In this document: one piece after another, positions 48,170 through 61,899 of the stretch
How the letters are laid out: each line of letters opens with the position of its first letter
Numbering within the stretch: the stretch's first letter is position 1
Source of the DNA: Scyliorhinus canicula
Lineage: Eukaryota
DNA: 64,000 bases
NCBI RefSeq assembly: GCF_902713615.1
Contig: NC_052152.1
Span: forward strand, 41,639,810-41,703,809
Direction of reading: 5' to 3'
The notes under the pieces: generated by a model
The model's input: the letters and a program-made list of their open reading frames with translations, nothing else
What the model was told of the DNA's origin: nothing
Database searches by the model: none
Translations under genes and position numbers: made by a program

Positions 48170-49130
48170 CTTAAATATTTTTTGCCATTTTCCAACAGGA
48201 TAACAGTTTCACATCATAAAGTCCATGACATTTACAAAGTAGCAGTTCGAGATGTGCCTGATATTTACAAGCAAGTGCTTGACTTATGTATATCGGTTTT
48301 TACAGACGTTGCCCCACCCCTCCCCTTCCCCTGTTGGAGGCATGTTCTGCTTTTTCTTTTTCTCCCCCGCTGGGGTTTTTATTTCTCGTTGTTTGGTATT
48401 GAGAGGGAGGGGGCCTGTGGGGCCCTTGCCCCCATGGCTTCGCTTTGTGCCTTCTTTGGGATTCCTTTCCTCTCCGCCCCCCTCTGCCTTGTCTCTTGTG
48501 CATGCCCTCCCTTCTCTTTCTCTCTTTCATTTCCTCCCCCTCTCTCTTCCTATCATTTCCTCTCCCTCTCTCTTCCTATCATTTCCTCCCCCCTCTCTCT
48601 TCCTAGTCACTATTGGCTTCGAGCAGGCCTTGAAACAGGCTACTGAATGGTCCCCACGCTTTGTGGAAGCCCTCATCCGGCTCTCAGATGGTGTACTTGA
48701 TCTTCAGGTCTGACAGCCAGTCTGCAGCCATGGGTGGTGCTGCCGATCGCCAGCCGAGCAGGATTCTCCAGCGTGTGATTAGGGAAGCAAAAGTGAGGGT
48801 ATCGGCCCTCTTTCCCAAATGAAGATGTGGCTGGTCTGATACCCCAAAGACTGCCACTCTCAGGCACGCCTTCAATTTCACCCCCACAACCTTGGACATC
48901 ACCTCGAAGAAGGTTGTCGAGAACCCGACAAGTCTGGGGCAGGCCCAGAACATGTGGGCGTGGTTAGCTGGGCCTCCCTGGCATTGTTCACATTTGTCCT
49001 CCACTTCTGGGAAATTTGGTTCTGGTTAGGTGAGCTTTGTGCACCACTTTAAACTGCATAAGGCTTAGCCTGGCGCAGGAGGAGGTGGAGTTGGCTCTAC
49101 TCAGTGCTTCACGCCTCCATCATGGCCGTC
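48170..49130 (-). mobile_element. L1 3' fragment
   Basis: EDKCEQCQGGPANHAHMFWACP and FASLITRWRILLGWRSAAPP match the L1 ORF2 C-terminus. Confidence 0.8.
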
Positions 49131-49415
49131 AGCTCCTTCATCAGGGGTGGTAGGGTGGGGGAGGGGGGGGCAATCCCAGACCATGTGTTCCCATTCCGGG
49201 GGGTACCTCAGCCCCTGCCTGTTTACCCCACCGACTACCCAGAACTCTCTGACCATGGAGGCCCCTGGCCGTGCAGCTGAAGGCTAATAGGGAATTAGCA
49301 ATTGGGGTTAAGTGAGTGCAGGAGTATTTTCAAAGACTGAGTATTGAGCTGGTTTTACCTGGGATCTTCCTTCTTAGTTATAGCTCAGCTAAACACAAAG
49401 ATCTGAAGATACATC

Positions 49416-49952
49416 GGGCGGGATTCTCCGACCCTCTGGGTCGGAATGGGGCCCGGCGCATGGGTGGAGAATATCCGATCACACCAGAAATCCAGTGCAA
49501 CGGAGCTTCTACGATTCTCTGCAGACCCGCCAGTCGCGCGCATGCGGTCGACGCAGCGCCGGTCGGTCCTGGTGGGGGGGCGGGGGTATCTGACTATGGG
49601 TGGGGCCTCAGGGGTGGCCAGGTCCGCCATCGGGTTCCACCGAGCGGCTGGCCATCGCGGTCTGTGGGGGATCTACCTTACACCGCGCAGGCCCTCTCTG
49701 TGGCTCTGCCATGTCGGTGGCACCCGCGCCAAAGTGGGCCGCCACGCACATGTACGGACCCACTTGCGACCGCCCACGTGGTCTGGACAGCAGGGCTCCG
49801 CTGGCAGCCAGAGCTGCGGGACGCATGCCGGGTGCCTGCTAGCCTCCTGGAAAACGGGAATCACACCGGACTTTTGAGGAAAAAATCCGGAGTGATTCTG
49901 CCCGTTTTCTGGCAGGCGTGGCTACTTAGCCCCAAAAGGGAGAATCCCACCC
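49416..49952. mobile_element. Harbinger-type MITE
   Basis: gggcgggattctcc ... gggagaatcccaccc termini. Confidence 0.75.
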
Positions 49953-50329
49953 ATCAACTCTGGTTAAGACGGCTTTATTTTCCCAAGCTTGGTCAATGTA
50001 CAAGGGAGAGTGATTTGGATAAATGCTAAAACCACTCTACTTTACTCTACACTAGCTTGTGTGTAACAATTATACAATTTTCCAAAAATCAATAGCCGAC
50101 CCCACTTGGACTCAATCTTTCTATGTTTAGTCTCAATCCTCAATAAACTATCTTATGTAGAATTATTCAAGTGTTATCCTAGCTATCCGGTTTTAAGGGG
50201 TCTCATCTCAGGACACCCTTCTTCAGTGAGCACTTAACACATCCCAAGTGGATCCCCATGGGTGGGTGGGTCATGTAGCATGAGGGAGTCTTGCCCTAGC
50301 ATCCCAATCACACCTTGATGTCTGGACAC

Positions 50330-51130
50330 TGTGCTTGAACACTGCGGGAGGCACCATTACAGATGCAGCGGCCTACCTTCTATTACCCAAAGAATGGGCC
50401 CCAGCCCCCGGCACATGTGTGCATGAGCAGAGTGTGTCGGGTGGAGGGCGGCCATGTCAGGGAGGGAATGGGGCATGGGATTGGTGGTTAGCCTGCATCG
50501 CGGAAAAAGAGGTGACAATGTTTTAATGCGAATGGGACAAGCTCTACAGCGCCTCAGCCAGTCCCATCTGAGAGCAGGACATGTCCCGCAGCGCCTCATC
50601 AAGGTCCGCCTGGTACTGGGTCACGTCGCCCAGCCAGTCGGACATTCTGCCGAGGCCCTCAGCCATGGTGGTCACCGATTGTGAAACACCTTGACACCTT
50701 CACTCATGCTGCCAGGATTGTGCACCAGGCTCTCCACCGTGGGTGCCACCCTAACAGTGTTGGCCTCGGTGCCACGCATTGCCGATGCCATCTCTTGCGA
50801 CCATAGCCACTGGGACTCCTCCAATCAGCTATGGACCTGCTGGAGTGTCGCTGACATCTCCGTCTGCATGTCCTGGCCACTCCATAACCTCCCCATCAGC
50901 TCCAGGTAAATCTGTTCCAGAGATCTGACTGAGACTCAGATGGGACCTGGGATCCAGCAGACCTCCGACTGCTGTCTCACCCTGGGGGTTCCTGCCTCCA
51001 CCTGACGTGCATCAGAGACTGTGTGGTGGTCACCAGATTGTGCCCCAGAAGCCTGTCCACTATGCTTCCCACCGAGGTGTGTGTCTCTGCAAGTTGCCAG
51101 GCCGAGGACCAGCAAGCTCGCGGCAGTTCC
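50330..51130 (-). mobile_element. Fragment of Harbinger accessory-ORF C-terminal region
   Basis: Minus-strand translation (EMASAMRGTEANTVRVAPTVE) resembles 60875-61303 (VMRATQADAARVASAVE). Confidence 0.5.
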
Positions 51131-51149
51131 CTCTCGATACTGCACTTAG

Positions 51150-52700
51150 AAATCGTTCCGGAGAATCACGCCCTCAATGTTTTGGACACAACTGCTTTCT
51201 ATGGTAGTGAATTCCACAAACTAACCACCCTCTGGGTGAAGAACCTTCTCCTCATCTCAGTCCAGATGGTTTACCCAGTTTCCTCAGACTGTCACTCCTG
51301 GGGCAGAATTCTCCGAACCTCGCAGTGTCGGAATTCTCCACCACCCGGGAATCGGCGGGAGCGGGAATCGCGCCGCGCCGATCGGCGGGCCCCCCACGGC
51401 GATTCTCCGGCCCGCGATGGGCCGAAGTCCCGCCGCTGACAGGCCTCTCTTGCCGGTGGGAATTGGAGCACCTCTGGTAGCGGCGGGATTGGCGGCGCGA
51501 GCGGGCCCCCGGGGTCCTGGGGGGGGGGGGGGCGCGGGGCGATCGGACCCCGGGGGGTGCCCCCATGGTGGCCTGGCCTGGCCTGCGATCGGGGCTCACC
51601 GATTGGCGGGCGGGCCTGTGCCGTGGGGGCACTCTTTTTCTTCCGCCGCCGCCACAGCCTCCACCATGGTGGAGGCGGAAGAGACCCCCCTCCACCGCAC
51701 ATACGCCGGGGGTGACGTCAGCCCCCGCCCCGCCGGGTAGGGGAGAATCCCGGCCCTGGTTCTGGACATATTCACCATTCGGAACGTCCTCCCTGAATCT
51801 ACCCTGTCTAGTCCTGTTATAATTGTATAGGGTTCTATGAGATTCCCCCATCATTCTTCTGAACTCCTGCGAATATAATCCTAACCAACTCAGTCCCTCC
51901 TCATACGTCAGGCCTGCCATCCCAGGAATCAGTCTTGTAAACTTTTGCTGCACTCCCTCGATAGCAAGAATATCCTTCCTCGGATAAGGATACCAAAACT
52001 GCACACAATATTCCAGGTGTGGCCTCACCAGGGCCCTGTTTAATTGCAGCAACACAACCCTGCTTCTATACTTGATTCCTCTCGCAATGAAGGCCAACAT
52101 ACCATTTGCTTTCTTTGCTGCCCGCTGCACCTGCATGCTTATCTTCAGTGACTGGTGCACAAGGGCATGGTGGCACAGCAGTTAGCACTGCTGCCTCACA
52201 GCTCCAGGGTCCCAGGTTCAATTCTGCTCTTGGGTGACTGTCTGTGTGGAGTTTGCACTTTCTCCCTGTGTCTGCGTGGGTTTCCTCTGGGTGCTCTATT
52301 TTCCTCCCACAGTCCAAAGATGTGCAGGTTAGGTGGATTGGCCATGATAAATTGCCCTTAGTGTCCAAAGGGTTAGGTGGCGTTACGGGGAGAGAGTGGT
52401 GGTGTTGTCTTAAGTAGAGTGCTCTTTCCAAGGGCCGGTGCAGACTCGGTGGGCTGAATGGCCTCCTTCTGCACTGTAAATTCTGATTCTATGATAACTA
52501 GGTCTTGTTGCATGTTCCTTTATCCTAATTTATGGCCATTCAGATAATAATCTGCCTTCCCGTTTTTGCTGCTAAAGTGGATAGCCTCGCATTTCTCCAA
52601 ATCATTCTGCATCTGCTTTTAATTTGCCCACTCGCTCAACTTGTCTAAATCACACTGAAGGATCTCTACATCCTCCTCACAGCTCACCCTCCCGCCCAGC
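51150..52700 (-). mobile_element. CR1 RT/3' fragment interrupted by a MITE (51301-51756) and a SINE (about 52163-52495)
   Basis: KANGMLAFIARGIKYRSR...RPHLEYCVQFW. MITE TIRs gggcagaattctcc / ggagaatcccggccc. Confidence 0.85.
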
Positions 52701-54690
52701 TTTGGAGATATTACATTTTGTTCCCTCATCTAATTAAGAGGATCATTAGCACATTCAGCAGGCGCTTGATGTGCAATGTTAGTGGTCTACCTTTGACAAA
52801 GCCTATCTGGTCTTCTGCCACCACCTCTGGTAAGCAGTTCCCCAGTTGCCTGGCTAGGATTTTGGACAGTATTTTCACATCTACCTTTAGCAGTGAAATG
52901 GGTTTGTAGGACCCGCATTCTGTTGGGTTTTGTCCTTTTTGGGTGTTAGCGAGGTTGAGGCCTGTGCTAGCGTAGGTGGCAATGTGCCCCTCGCCAGCGA
53001 GTATGTGAAAATCTCCCACAAGTGCAGGGCCAGTGCGGTCACAAATTATTTGTAGACGTCCGTCGGTAATCCATCTGGTCCCAGCCTCTTCCCCTCCTGC
53101 ATAGAGTTGATGCTCTCCATGACTTCTCCTCGTTCTAGTGGTGTTTCCTGCCCCCGTTTCCTATCTTCCCCCACAACTGGTATGTCCAGTCCATCGGGGA
53201 ACTGTTTCATCCCAAGTCCCCTCCGAGGGACTCGGAGATGCACAGCCCCCATTGAAGGCCTCGAATGTCTTGTTGACCTTTTCCGGCTCCACTACTAGTT
53301 TGCCCCTGCTGACTCTAATGTAGGCTATTTCCCTCATGTCTGCCTGCTTTTTCAGCTGGTTAGTCAGTAGGCGGCTGGTTTTGTCTCTGTGCTCTTGCAG
53401 GGTCCCCCGTGCCTGGCGGAGTTGGTGCACTGCTTTCCTCACAAAGAGCAGGTCAAAGTCCATTTGTAGCTTCCTCCTCTCCTCCAGGAGCTCTACAGTC
53501 AGGGCCTCGGAGTATTGCCAGTCCATTTCCAGTATGGAGTCAACTAGCATAGCTCCCTCTCTTCCCTATCCGTGCTTTCTAGGCAATAATTTCACCCCTG
53601 ATCACAGGCTTCAGTGCCCCCCAGAGCATGGGGAGTGAGACCTCGCTGTTCCGATTATTAGTAGTATGCTCATCTATGGTGTGTGATATTTTCTCGCAGC
53701 AAGCCTTATTGGCCTTGAGGGCTATGTCCAACCTCGATGGGGGGGCATTGAGCACAGCCCATCTCCAACCTCACATCCATGCAATCTGGAGTGTGGCGGG
53801 AGATCACGATCACAGAGTATTCTGCTCTTACTTTCCCTGGAAGGACCCATTTCCCCGCTACAAAGAAGTCAATCCTGATGTATACTTTATGTACGTGGGA
53901 GAAGAAGGAGAAATCCTTCTCCTCTGTGTGGGTGATCTGCCATGGGTCCACCGCCCCCATCTGCTCCATGAATATGCTGAGTTCTTTCGTCATAATTGAG
54001 GTCCCCCCACTTTGGGTTTCAACCTGTCTGACCGAGGATCCTGTGCGCAGTTAAAGTTCCTCCCATGATAAGTCGGTGTGTGTCGACATTGGGGATTTTC
54101 GCCATGGTCTTCTTTATAAATGTCGTGTTGTTCCAGTTGGGCACGTACATGTTCATCAGGACCACTGGTGCCCCGCCCAGGACACAGCTGACCATGATGT
54201 ATCGTCCCCCTAGGTCCGTACCGCCCTACTCGTAGTAAAAACCATGCTCTTATTTAACAGTATGGTTACCCCCGCTTCTCATCCTGTAGCAGGAATGTTA
54301 GGCCTTTCCTTACCCACAGTCGGTCCTTCTCCCTCAGGTGTGTCTCTCGGAGGAAGGCTATGTTGGCTTTCATACTTTTCAGGTGGGTGAAGACTCTGGA
54401 CCTTTTCACTGGACCATTAAGTCCCCTGACGTTCCAGGTGACTATCCTGATGGGAGGTTTTGTCCCCGCCTTCCTGCGGGATCAGCCATACTTACCTGGA
54501 GAAGACGCGCCCCTGCACTCCGGGGTTTCCAGTTGTTCGGGGGACTCCCAAAATTGCCACGGTCACCGCTCTCCCCATGAAAGGAGTCAAGAGTTATGGA
54601 CAGCCAGGGTGACTGACCATCCCTGAATTGACTGGATTGCCCCATATCCTGGGATGCATGCATCCAGGATATTGTTCTTCCCCTGATTTA
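52700..54690 (-). mobile_element. Older degenerate L1 ORF2 fragment (EN and RT)
   Basis: FSFFSHVHKVYIRIDFF, GPDGLPTDVYK, YKPISLLKVDVKILSKILA, EDQIGFVKGR. Confidence 0.85.
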
Positions 54691-56309
54691 GACATTTAAA
54701 TCCTCCTCATACACATTATCCACTGTGCTCCTGCACCCTCTGACAAACCTCTCCTCTCTGACAGCTTGTTCCTCACTCCACCTCCCTCCCCTCCTTCCGA
54801 CGTTCTCACAGCTCAGGAGGCACCGTCTCCCACCCCGCACTAATGGACCCCCATGCCGGAGTGCCCCTTAATTTTCTCTGCAAGAGTTGGTGACCCTGGA
54901 GCATGCACAAAAGCGGAGTTAAGGCAACAGTCAGATCAACCATAAGCTTATTGAATGATGGAGCCGGCCGAGGGGCTGATTCCTGCTCCGATTTAAAACT
55001 GTGTGAGTTCTTATTAAATGTGAAAACTTTATTCATTGTAGAAAGATGATTCCGAAGGAATAAGCTGGATGTTCCACAAAGAAATTAAATGAAGATTCTG
55101 CCCGCATGTAACATTATTTGTGAAGACATCTTTCGCTGAAACCTATTGTGGATTCAAGGAAGAACAAGAATGTTATGCCAAATTGTCTTAATTTGTGTTT
55201 TTGTAATTTCCCATCTACTGAGCACAGGTGACATTCCACTTCATTGATGTTTTATATTTGCATGTTGGTTTTAACTATAAAATCATTGAAGGCTGAATTG
55301 GCTATAAATTGTCTAAAAGAAAAGGGGAAGGTACTAAAATAAAGGAGAAATTAGAAGAATGCGCTGTAACACCCAAGCTCCAGTGTGTCAAATCGAAGGG
55401 GTACCCCAAAGGTGCACTGGGGATATCTCCCCCGGCCACAGAGGTTCCCAGGTAAGGATTGCACGACATTTGCCTGGGAAATGCAATTGGGTAATTGCTG
55501 TACGCCAGGGACCATCCAAAAATCACAATTTAAATTGCAAACTTCAGATGGTTCCAAATGTCGTACGTCACAGTTAACCAGAAAAAGTTAGACGAATTGA
55601 AAGCATTTCTAACTTCCGGGTAACTATTGCACAGATGCACACTAAGCCCTCCATGGCACTCCCCTCTCACCCCCCCCCCCCCCCCCCCAAGAGGCCACCT
55701 CCTACCCCCAACTTCGCACCTCCATGGGTCTCCAACAGCACCCCCCTTCCCCCCGTACGACTCCCCTCACTCCACAGGACTGGTCGATCCCACTCCATAG
55801 TACTGGTCGACCCCACCCCATGGGACCTCGTCAGATCCCTTATTACAGGCTTATCGCACGTTCAGTGAATGAGCCAACTGGTACACTGATTTCATAAACC
55901 CTAGTTTCCACTTGAAGTGAATCATGTTTCCTATAGTTTTCTATTTGTTACCCCTAAAAAGAGCACTTTTATGAAGCAGCTCCAATTCTGCCTGTGTCTT
56001 TGATTAAACAAATAATGGTCAATGACAAAAGCCTTCTTTTCAAGAGGATGCAATCTTTTTTACTGATGAGAGAGCTCATCCTTCAGAGCCCTTGAGTCTC
56101 AAACAATCGTTTAACTGTTGGAAACAAAAAAGCAATAACCAGCATCTTGAATTTATGAAAATAGTTTGTTTAGAACAGCAAGGGGAAGTAGTCTGACCTT
56201 TCGGCGCCCAGATAATGATGGTCCCTCATGCTTACTAGCTTGTCTGCCATGATGTTGTTCACAGGCAATCTGATGCCTGGAGCACATTGAAATGTTTAGC
56301 TGCCAACCT

Positions 56310-56955
56310 TGTTTTAGGAAGGCGAATGCAATGTTAGCATTCATGTTGAGAGGGCTAGAATACAAGACCAGGGATGTGCTTCTGAGGCTACATAAGGTTC
56401 TGGTCAGACCCCATTTGGAGTATTGTGAGCAGTTTTGGGCCCCGTATCTAAGGAAGGATGTGCTGGCCTTGGAAAGGGTCCAGAGGAGGTTCACAAGAAA
56501 GATCCCTGGAATGAAGAGCTTGTCATATGAGGAACAGTTGAGGACTCTTGTACTGTATTTGCTGGAGTTTAGAAGGATGAGGGACTATATTATTGAAACT
56601 TACAGGATACAGCGAGGTCTGGATGGAGTGGATGTGGAGAGGATATTTCCACTTGTAGGAAAAACTAGAACCAGAGGGCACCATCTCAGACTAAGGGGAC
56701 AATCCTTCAAAACTGAGATGAGGAGGAATTTCTTCAGCCAGAGGGTGATGAATCTGTGGAACTCTGCTGCAGAAGGCTGTGGATGCCAATTCACTGAGTG
56801 TCTTTAAGACAGAGTTAGATAGGTTCTTGATCAATAATGGGATCAGGAGTTATGGGGAGAAGGCAGGAGAATGGGGATGAGAAAATATCAGCCATGATTG
56901 AATGACGGAGCAGACTCGATGGGCCAAGTGGCCTAATTCTGCTCCTATGGTCTTA
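56310..56955 (+). mobile_element. CR1 3' end
   Basis: RKANAMLAFMLRGLEYK...RPHLEYCEQFWAPY...TRGHHLRL...RNFFSQRV, followed by a CR1 tail. Confidence 0.9.
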
Positions 56956-57199
56956 TGGTGGTAGCACCAGACTACTGCTGAGGAATTTGTGGGTAAACAT
57001 GAGGCTAATTACTGTTGTTGAAAATTTCTTCAGATTATCAACAACCTCTCCGCTAATGTGAGAGTTGAAAGGAGCAGGAGGAAGTGACTTTGTAGATTTC
57101 TCTTTTTTGTACATTGTTTTAAGACTGTCAGATTTATTGGCATATTTACAGAATATAATTGAACTGTCTAAGCATGTATAAAAGCAGATAAATATATTT

Positions 57200-57475
57200 T
57201 CCCACCCTCTTTTTTAAAAAAAAGATAATTTATTGAAGGTATATCCAGAAAATATCAAAGTACAAAAACAGGGACAGTCAATAACACAAAACAATATCGA
57301 ACACTCCATAACATATCAACAATGCATATAACACTATAGCAATATAACACAGCAGGAACCTTCCATATATACAAATACATCGGCCACACCCCCAAATAAA
57401 TTTTAAAAACAAAATAAAGTACCTCCTTACCCCTTAACAACCAATTGTTACTGTGCCCCATCACCCTCCCCGACA

Positions 57476-57508
<33 letters not shown>

Positions 57509-57950
57509 AGGCCCCCCGCCATTATATACTTGCTGAAAAAGCCACAACACGGCCTCCTTCTCCACCAAAATACTCGGATCCTTAGACACACCAAAAGTAG
57601 CTATCCATGGAGAGGGCGTGACCACCATTCCCACCACTTGAGACAATATCCAATCTTGCTGGGGCAAATCTATGGTTGCCACAGATTGGGGCCTTTCTGT
57701 ACATGCCCTCCTGACCAAAATGTAGCCGGCACTGATACCACACCCTCAGAGTGGAAACCAATAGTGGATTTGATGAGTACATATTCGGTGAGAATGGTAG
57801 AGGAGCTGAAGCTAATGCCCTTAAGGAGGTGGCCCGACCTGAGGCCTCCTCCACCCTGCACCGCACTTACACTTGATCTCATACCCATTTCCGGACCATG
57901 TCATTATTAGCAGCCCGGACCATGACGATATTAGAGTAGAAATTGTACTC
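57200..57950 (-). mobile_element. L1 3' fragment
   Basis: T-rich tail with tttatt and decayed ORF2 C-terminal similarity (GNHRFAP, FW..SPW). Confidence 0.65.
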
Positions 57951-58150
57951 AACTTGCACTCCAATGGAAGTTAAAGCCTATTGGGCGGGATTCTCTGTTG
58001 GCTGACGCTGAAATCGGGAAGAGCGAATGGGCAGAGCATCGCGTGAAGGCAAATTAGTGGCGGGCGCAGATCACCCACACCGGCCCCTGGTTCTACACAG
58101 TGGCACCGGTCGTATGGGCGTGTCCACCCCCGCACCCCCCCCCCCCCCAC

Positions 58151-58940
58151 CTGCTGCAGAGGACCAGGCTGCAGAGGACCAGGCTGCAGAGGAACAAGCT
58201 GCAGAGGAACGAGCTGCATCGGACTGGGCTGGAGAGGACCGGGCTGCAGAGGACCGGGCTGCAGAGGAACGTGCTGCAGAGGACTGGGCTGCAGAAGAAC
58301 GACCTGCATCGGACTGGGCTGCAGAGGAACGTGCTGCAGAGGACCGGGCTGCAGAGGAACGTGCTGCAGAGGACCGGGCTGCAGAGGAACGAGCTGCATT
58401 GGACTGGGCTGCAGCAGACCGAACTGCAGAGGAACGAGCTGCATCAAACTGGGCTGCAGTGGAACGAGCTGCATCGGACCGGGCTGCATGGGACCGGGCT
58501 GCATCGGATCGGGCTGCAGAGGACCGGGCTGCATTGGACTGGGCTGCAGAGGACTGGGCTGCATTGGACCGGGCTGCAGAGGACTGGGCAGCAGAGGAAC
58601 AAACTGCATCGGACTGGGCAGCAGAGGACCGTGCTGCAGAGGACCGGGCTGCAGAGGAACGAGCTGCATTGGACCGGGCTGCATGGGACTGGGCTGCAGA
58701 GGAACGTGCTGCAGAGGAACGGGTTGCAGAGGAACGAGCTGCATCGGACCGGGCTGCATGGGACTGGGCTGCATCGGATTGGGCTGCAGAGGACCGTGCT
58801 GCAGAGGACCAGGCTGCAGAGGACCGTGCTGCAGAGGAACATGCTGTAGAGGACCAGGCTACAGAGGAACGAGCTACATCGGACCGGGCTGCATGGGACT
58901 GGGCTGCATCGGATCGGGCTGCAGAGGACCGGGCTGCAGA
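58151..58940. repeat. 15-bp tandem repeat (gctgcagaggaccgg)n at the transposase 5' end
   Basis: About 50 visible units, read as AAEDR/AAEER in one frame. Confidence 0.95.
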
Positions 58941-58989
58941 GGGGCAGGTGCAGCTGTACAGGCTAGAGGGCCGGCCGCCCAACAGGCCG

Positions 58990-60031
58990 AGGAGGAGGAG
59001 GAGGTGCCATGGAAGTGCTGCATGAGGCCCCGCGTGAACCGGCACAACATGTTGTTCGAGGATTTGCTGGACCGGGCATGCCGACAGAGACTGCAGATGA
59101 CCAGAAGGACTGTGAGACACATCTGTCAGATGATGGCACACCTGGTACCGCAGGGGTATGGGGGAGGACACCCGCTCCCAGCGACCGTCACGGTGACAGT
59201 CACCCTCAACTTTTACGTGACAGGATTCTTCACGGCGCCGAGTGGGGACCTGTCCGGGATCTCAAAGGCCTCGGCGCACAGGTGCACGGACACCCTATAT
59301 GCTGAGGCCGACCAGTACATCCTGTTCCGTGTGGACCGAGCCCACCAGGATGCCCGGGCCGCAAGGTTCGCTGCTATCGACGGGATGCCCCGGGTCCAGG
59401 GGGTGATTGACGGAATGCAGGTCGCCCTACGGGCACCGGGGAATAACAGGCTGCTCTACCCCAACCGAAAGGGGTTTCACTCCGTGGACATGCAGCTGGT
59501 CTGCGGTCAGCAGCTACGCATCATGCACGTCTGCGCCCAATACCTGTGCAGTGTACAGGATTCATTCATCCTGGCACACTCGGTAATCCCCGACATGTTC
59601 GAGGGGCATCCCCCCCAGATGTGGGGTTGGCTCCTGGGTGGCAGGGGATACCCGCTGTGGTCGTGGCTGATGATGCCCATCCAGAGGCCACAGACCGACG
59701 CGGAGACCTGATACAATTTCGCCCAGGCAGCGATCAGGAGTGTGATCGACCGGTACTTGGCATCCTCAAGATGTGCTCCAGGTGCCTGGACAGCTGTGGA
59801 GGGGCCCTCCAGTACGAGGCTGAGAGGGTCTCCCGCATCGTGGTGTCCAGCTACATCCTCCACAATATAGCTCAGCAGAGGGGCGATGTCCTGGAGGAGG
59901 AGGATGAGGAGGAAGGGCAGGCCTTGTCTGAAGAGGAGGATGCAGGGGAGGGGGACAATGAGTGGGACATGGGGCCCAGGCAGGCACGGAAGGCCGCTGT
60001 CACCAGAGCCAACAAGCATGGGATGCGTTGA
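58990..60031 (+). pseudogene. Harbinger DDE transposase (HARBI1/DDE_Tnp_4-like), inactivated
   Basis: RPRVNRH, GVIDGMQV, YPNRKGFHSVDMQLVC, QDSFIL, LLGGRGYPL, and LKMCSRCLD..GGALQY...LHNIA. In-frame stop at 59709-59711 and a downstream frameshift. The expected GDxGY aspartate reads G. Confidence 0.9.
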
Positions 60032-61352
60032 TCGCGACGCGGTTCACCGACCAGGAAGGGGGGGGTTTGCTGGCCAAGGGCACAGACATAATATCCCAGA
60101 CCCACACCCCCTCACCTCCCATACCACCAAAATGCCCACAGGCACACATCCTCCATGATACATACCTGCGGCGTGACGAGCTGGGGCCCTGGGTTTACGG
60201 TAACACCGGGTCTGGTCCATGGGGTGGAGGATGATGACAATCCGCTCTGCGATGGGCTCTGGCGCTCCACATCATATGACAATGTCTGACTAATGCCCAC
60301 AGTAGCACTTTCCACCTGGGTGATCTCTGCATGTGAGCTGGCCAGTCCATCACGTGACCCCTTCGAATCCCTGGGGTGGGGGTGCTGGGGATTGTCGGGG
60401 CAGGGGGGTGGGGCAGGGAGGGAGGGAGGGTGAGGAGGACTGTCCACCCACGAGGCCTGCACTGGTCCCCCAGTCCCCCTGGCCAGCACTGACCAGCCCA
60501 CCCCCAATGGTGTAAACAGGGGTTTACTGTGGAGAAATATATACAGTCTGTGCCCCAGCCCTATAACTCAACTGTGCCCTGCACCAGTGCCAACCCAACC
60601 TGTTTCTAACTTTCTAGCCTTACGGGCCCTAACACTACGCCCAGGTGATTCCCCAGACGGCACAGCAGGAGTGGAGGCGGCTGCTGTAACTCCTGTTCTG
60701 CGACAAAGGTTCCCGTTGATGTACGTCTCCTGGGGCAGCCCAGCCTGGATGGGCCCGACTGTTCCTCAGACGCACCAAGGACAGGAAGGGCGCAGAGGGG
60801 GGTTGTCTGAGGTGCTGCAGTGTTCTGACACTTCACCTGCAGGAGCCACTGGCTGCCATGTCCAGGTGGCTCTGTCACATGGCCGCCTGTGAGAGGACAG
60901 CCCGGTCCTTGGCCTCGGCCATCGGCTGCACCGATGGACTCTGACCCATAGCCGACGCCATCGTCCCCATTACTTCCACTGCAGACGCCACCCGTGCGGC
61001 GTCGGCCTGGGTGGCACGCATGACCAGCACCACCTCCTGCTTCTGTATGCGGATGGACTCTTCCACCTGTATCTGCATGTGCTGGAAGCGGCCACCCCTG
61101 GGTCTCTGACTACATCTGCACTCTGACTGGGAATGGATGTTGCAGGAGCCCGGGATCTGTCTGGATGGCAGCTGGATCGTGGGGTTAGTCTGTCCCCCAA
61201 CCGTCTGGCTCCTCGGCTGCTCCGATCTCCACCTGCTGTACCGGATGCGATGTGTGATGCGCACCAGATAGTGTCCCAGGACCCTCTTCACTAATGTGCC
61301 CAACCGAGGTGATAGTCTCTGGGATGGTGGAGGGTATAGGAGACAGCTGTAA

Positions 61353-61649
61353 TGGTGATGAGACCATCAATTGACTCGGAACACGATTGGAAGTAAACTG
61401 TGATTTTAATAGTCTTACAACTGAGCCTGCCTGCGACCAGAAGAACTGAGAGCAGGCTCACACGGCTGCAGCACGTTATACTTCCGGTAGTGGGAGGGGC
61501 CGTGGGCGGAGCCATGGGCGGAGCCAAGGGTGGAGCCCTGTACAAGCTCCTCATCTCCCCCTATGGGCAGAGCCGCACAACGGCTCACAGACAGAGCCCA
61601 CAAGGACATAATACTATACAATACAATACAGTGTGAATTACATTCACCA
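61353..61649 (-). mobile_element. Solo LTR, family A, nested in Harbinger
   Basis: TGGTGA...TCACCA inverted termini, and homology to 23922-24306. Confidence 0.65.
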
Positions 61650-61899
61650 CTGACGGAGAGTCTGTGTCCTCCTCCGACCCGAACTCTGGGGTGTCCTGAG
61701 TCTCGGGTGGAGGGCTGGTGTTCGGGCTGCTCTCCCCGTCAGTGCTCGGCCGTCTGGGGGGCATCGGCTGGGGGGGGGGGGGGGGGGGGGGGGATACAGA
61801 TGGACCGGCCCCCATCTCCGGCAGGTCCTGAGGCACAAGACAACTTGTATGATTAGGCAGCGGGCTGTGGGGGTGGGGGTGGGGTAGGGGGGGGGGGGG

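Noticed and set aside
58071-59171. Keratin-associated-like (CSPVLC) and SSAAR ORFs on the minus strand
   Set aside because: Alternative frames of the 15-bp Harbinger repeat.
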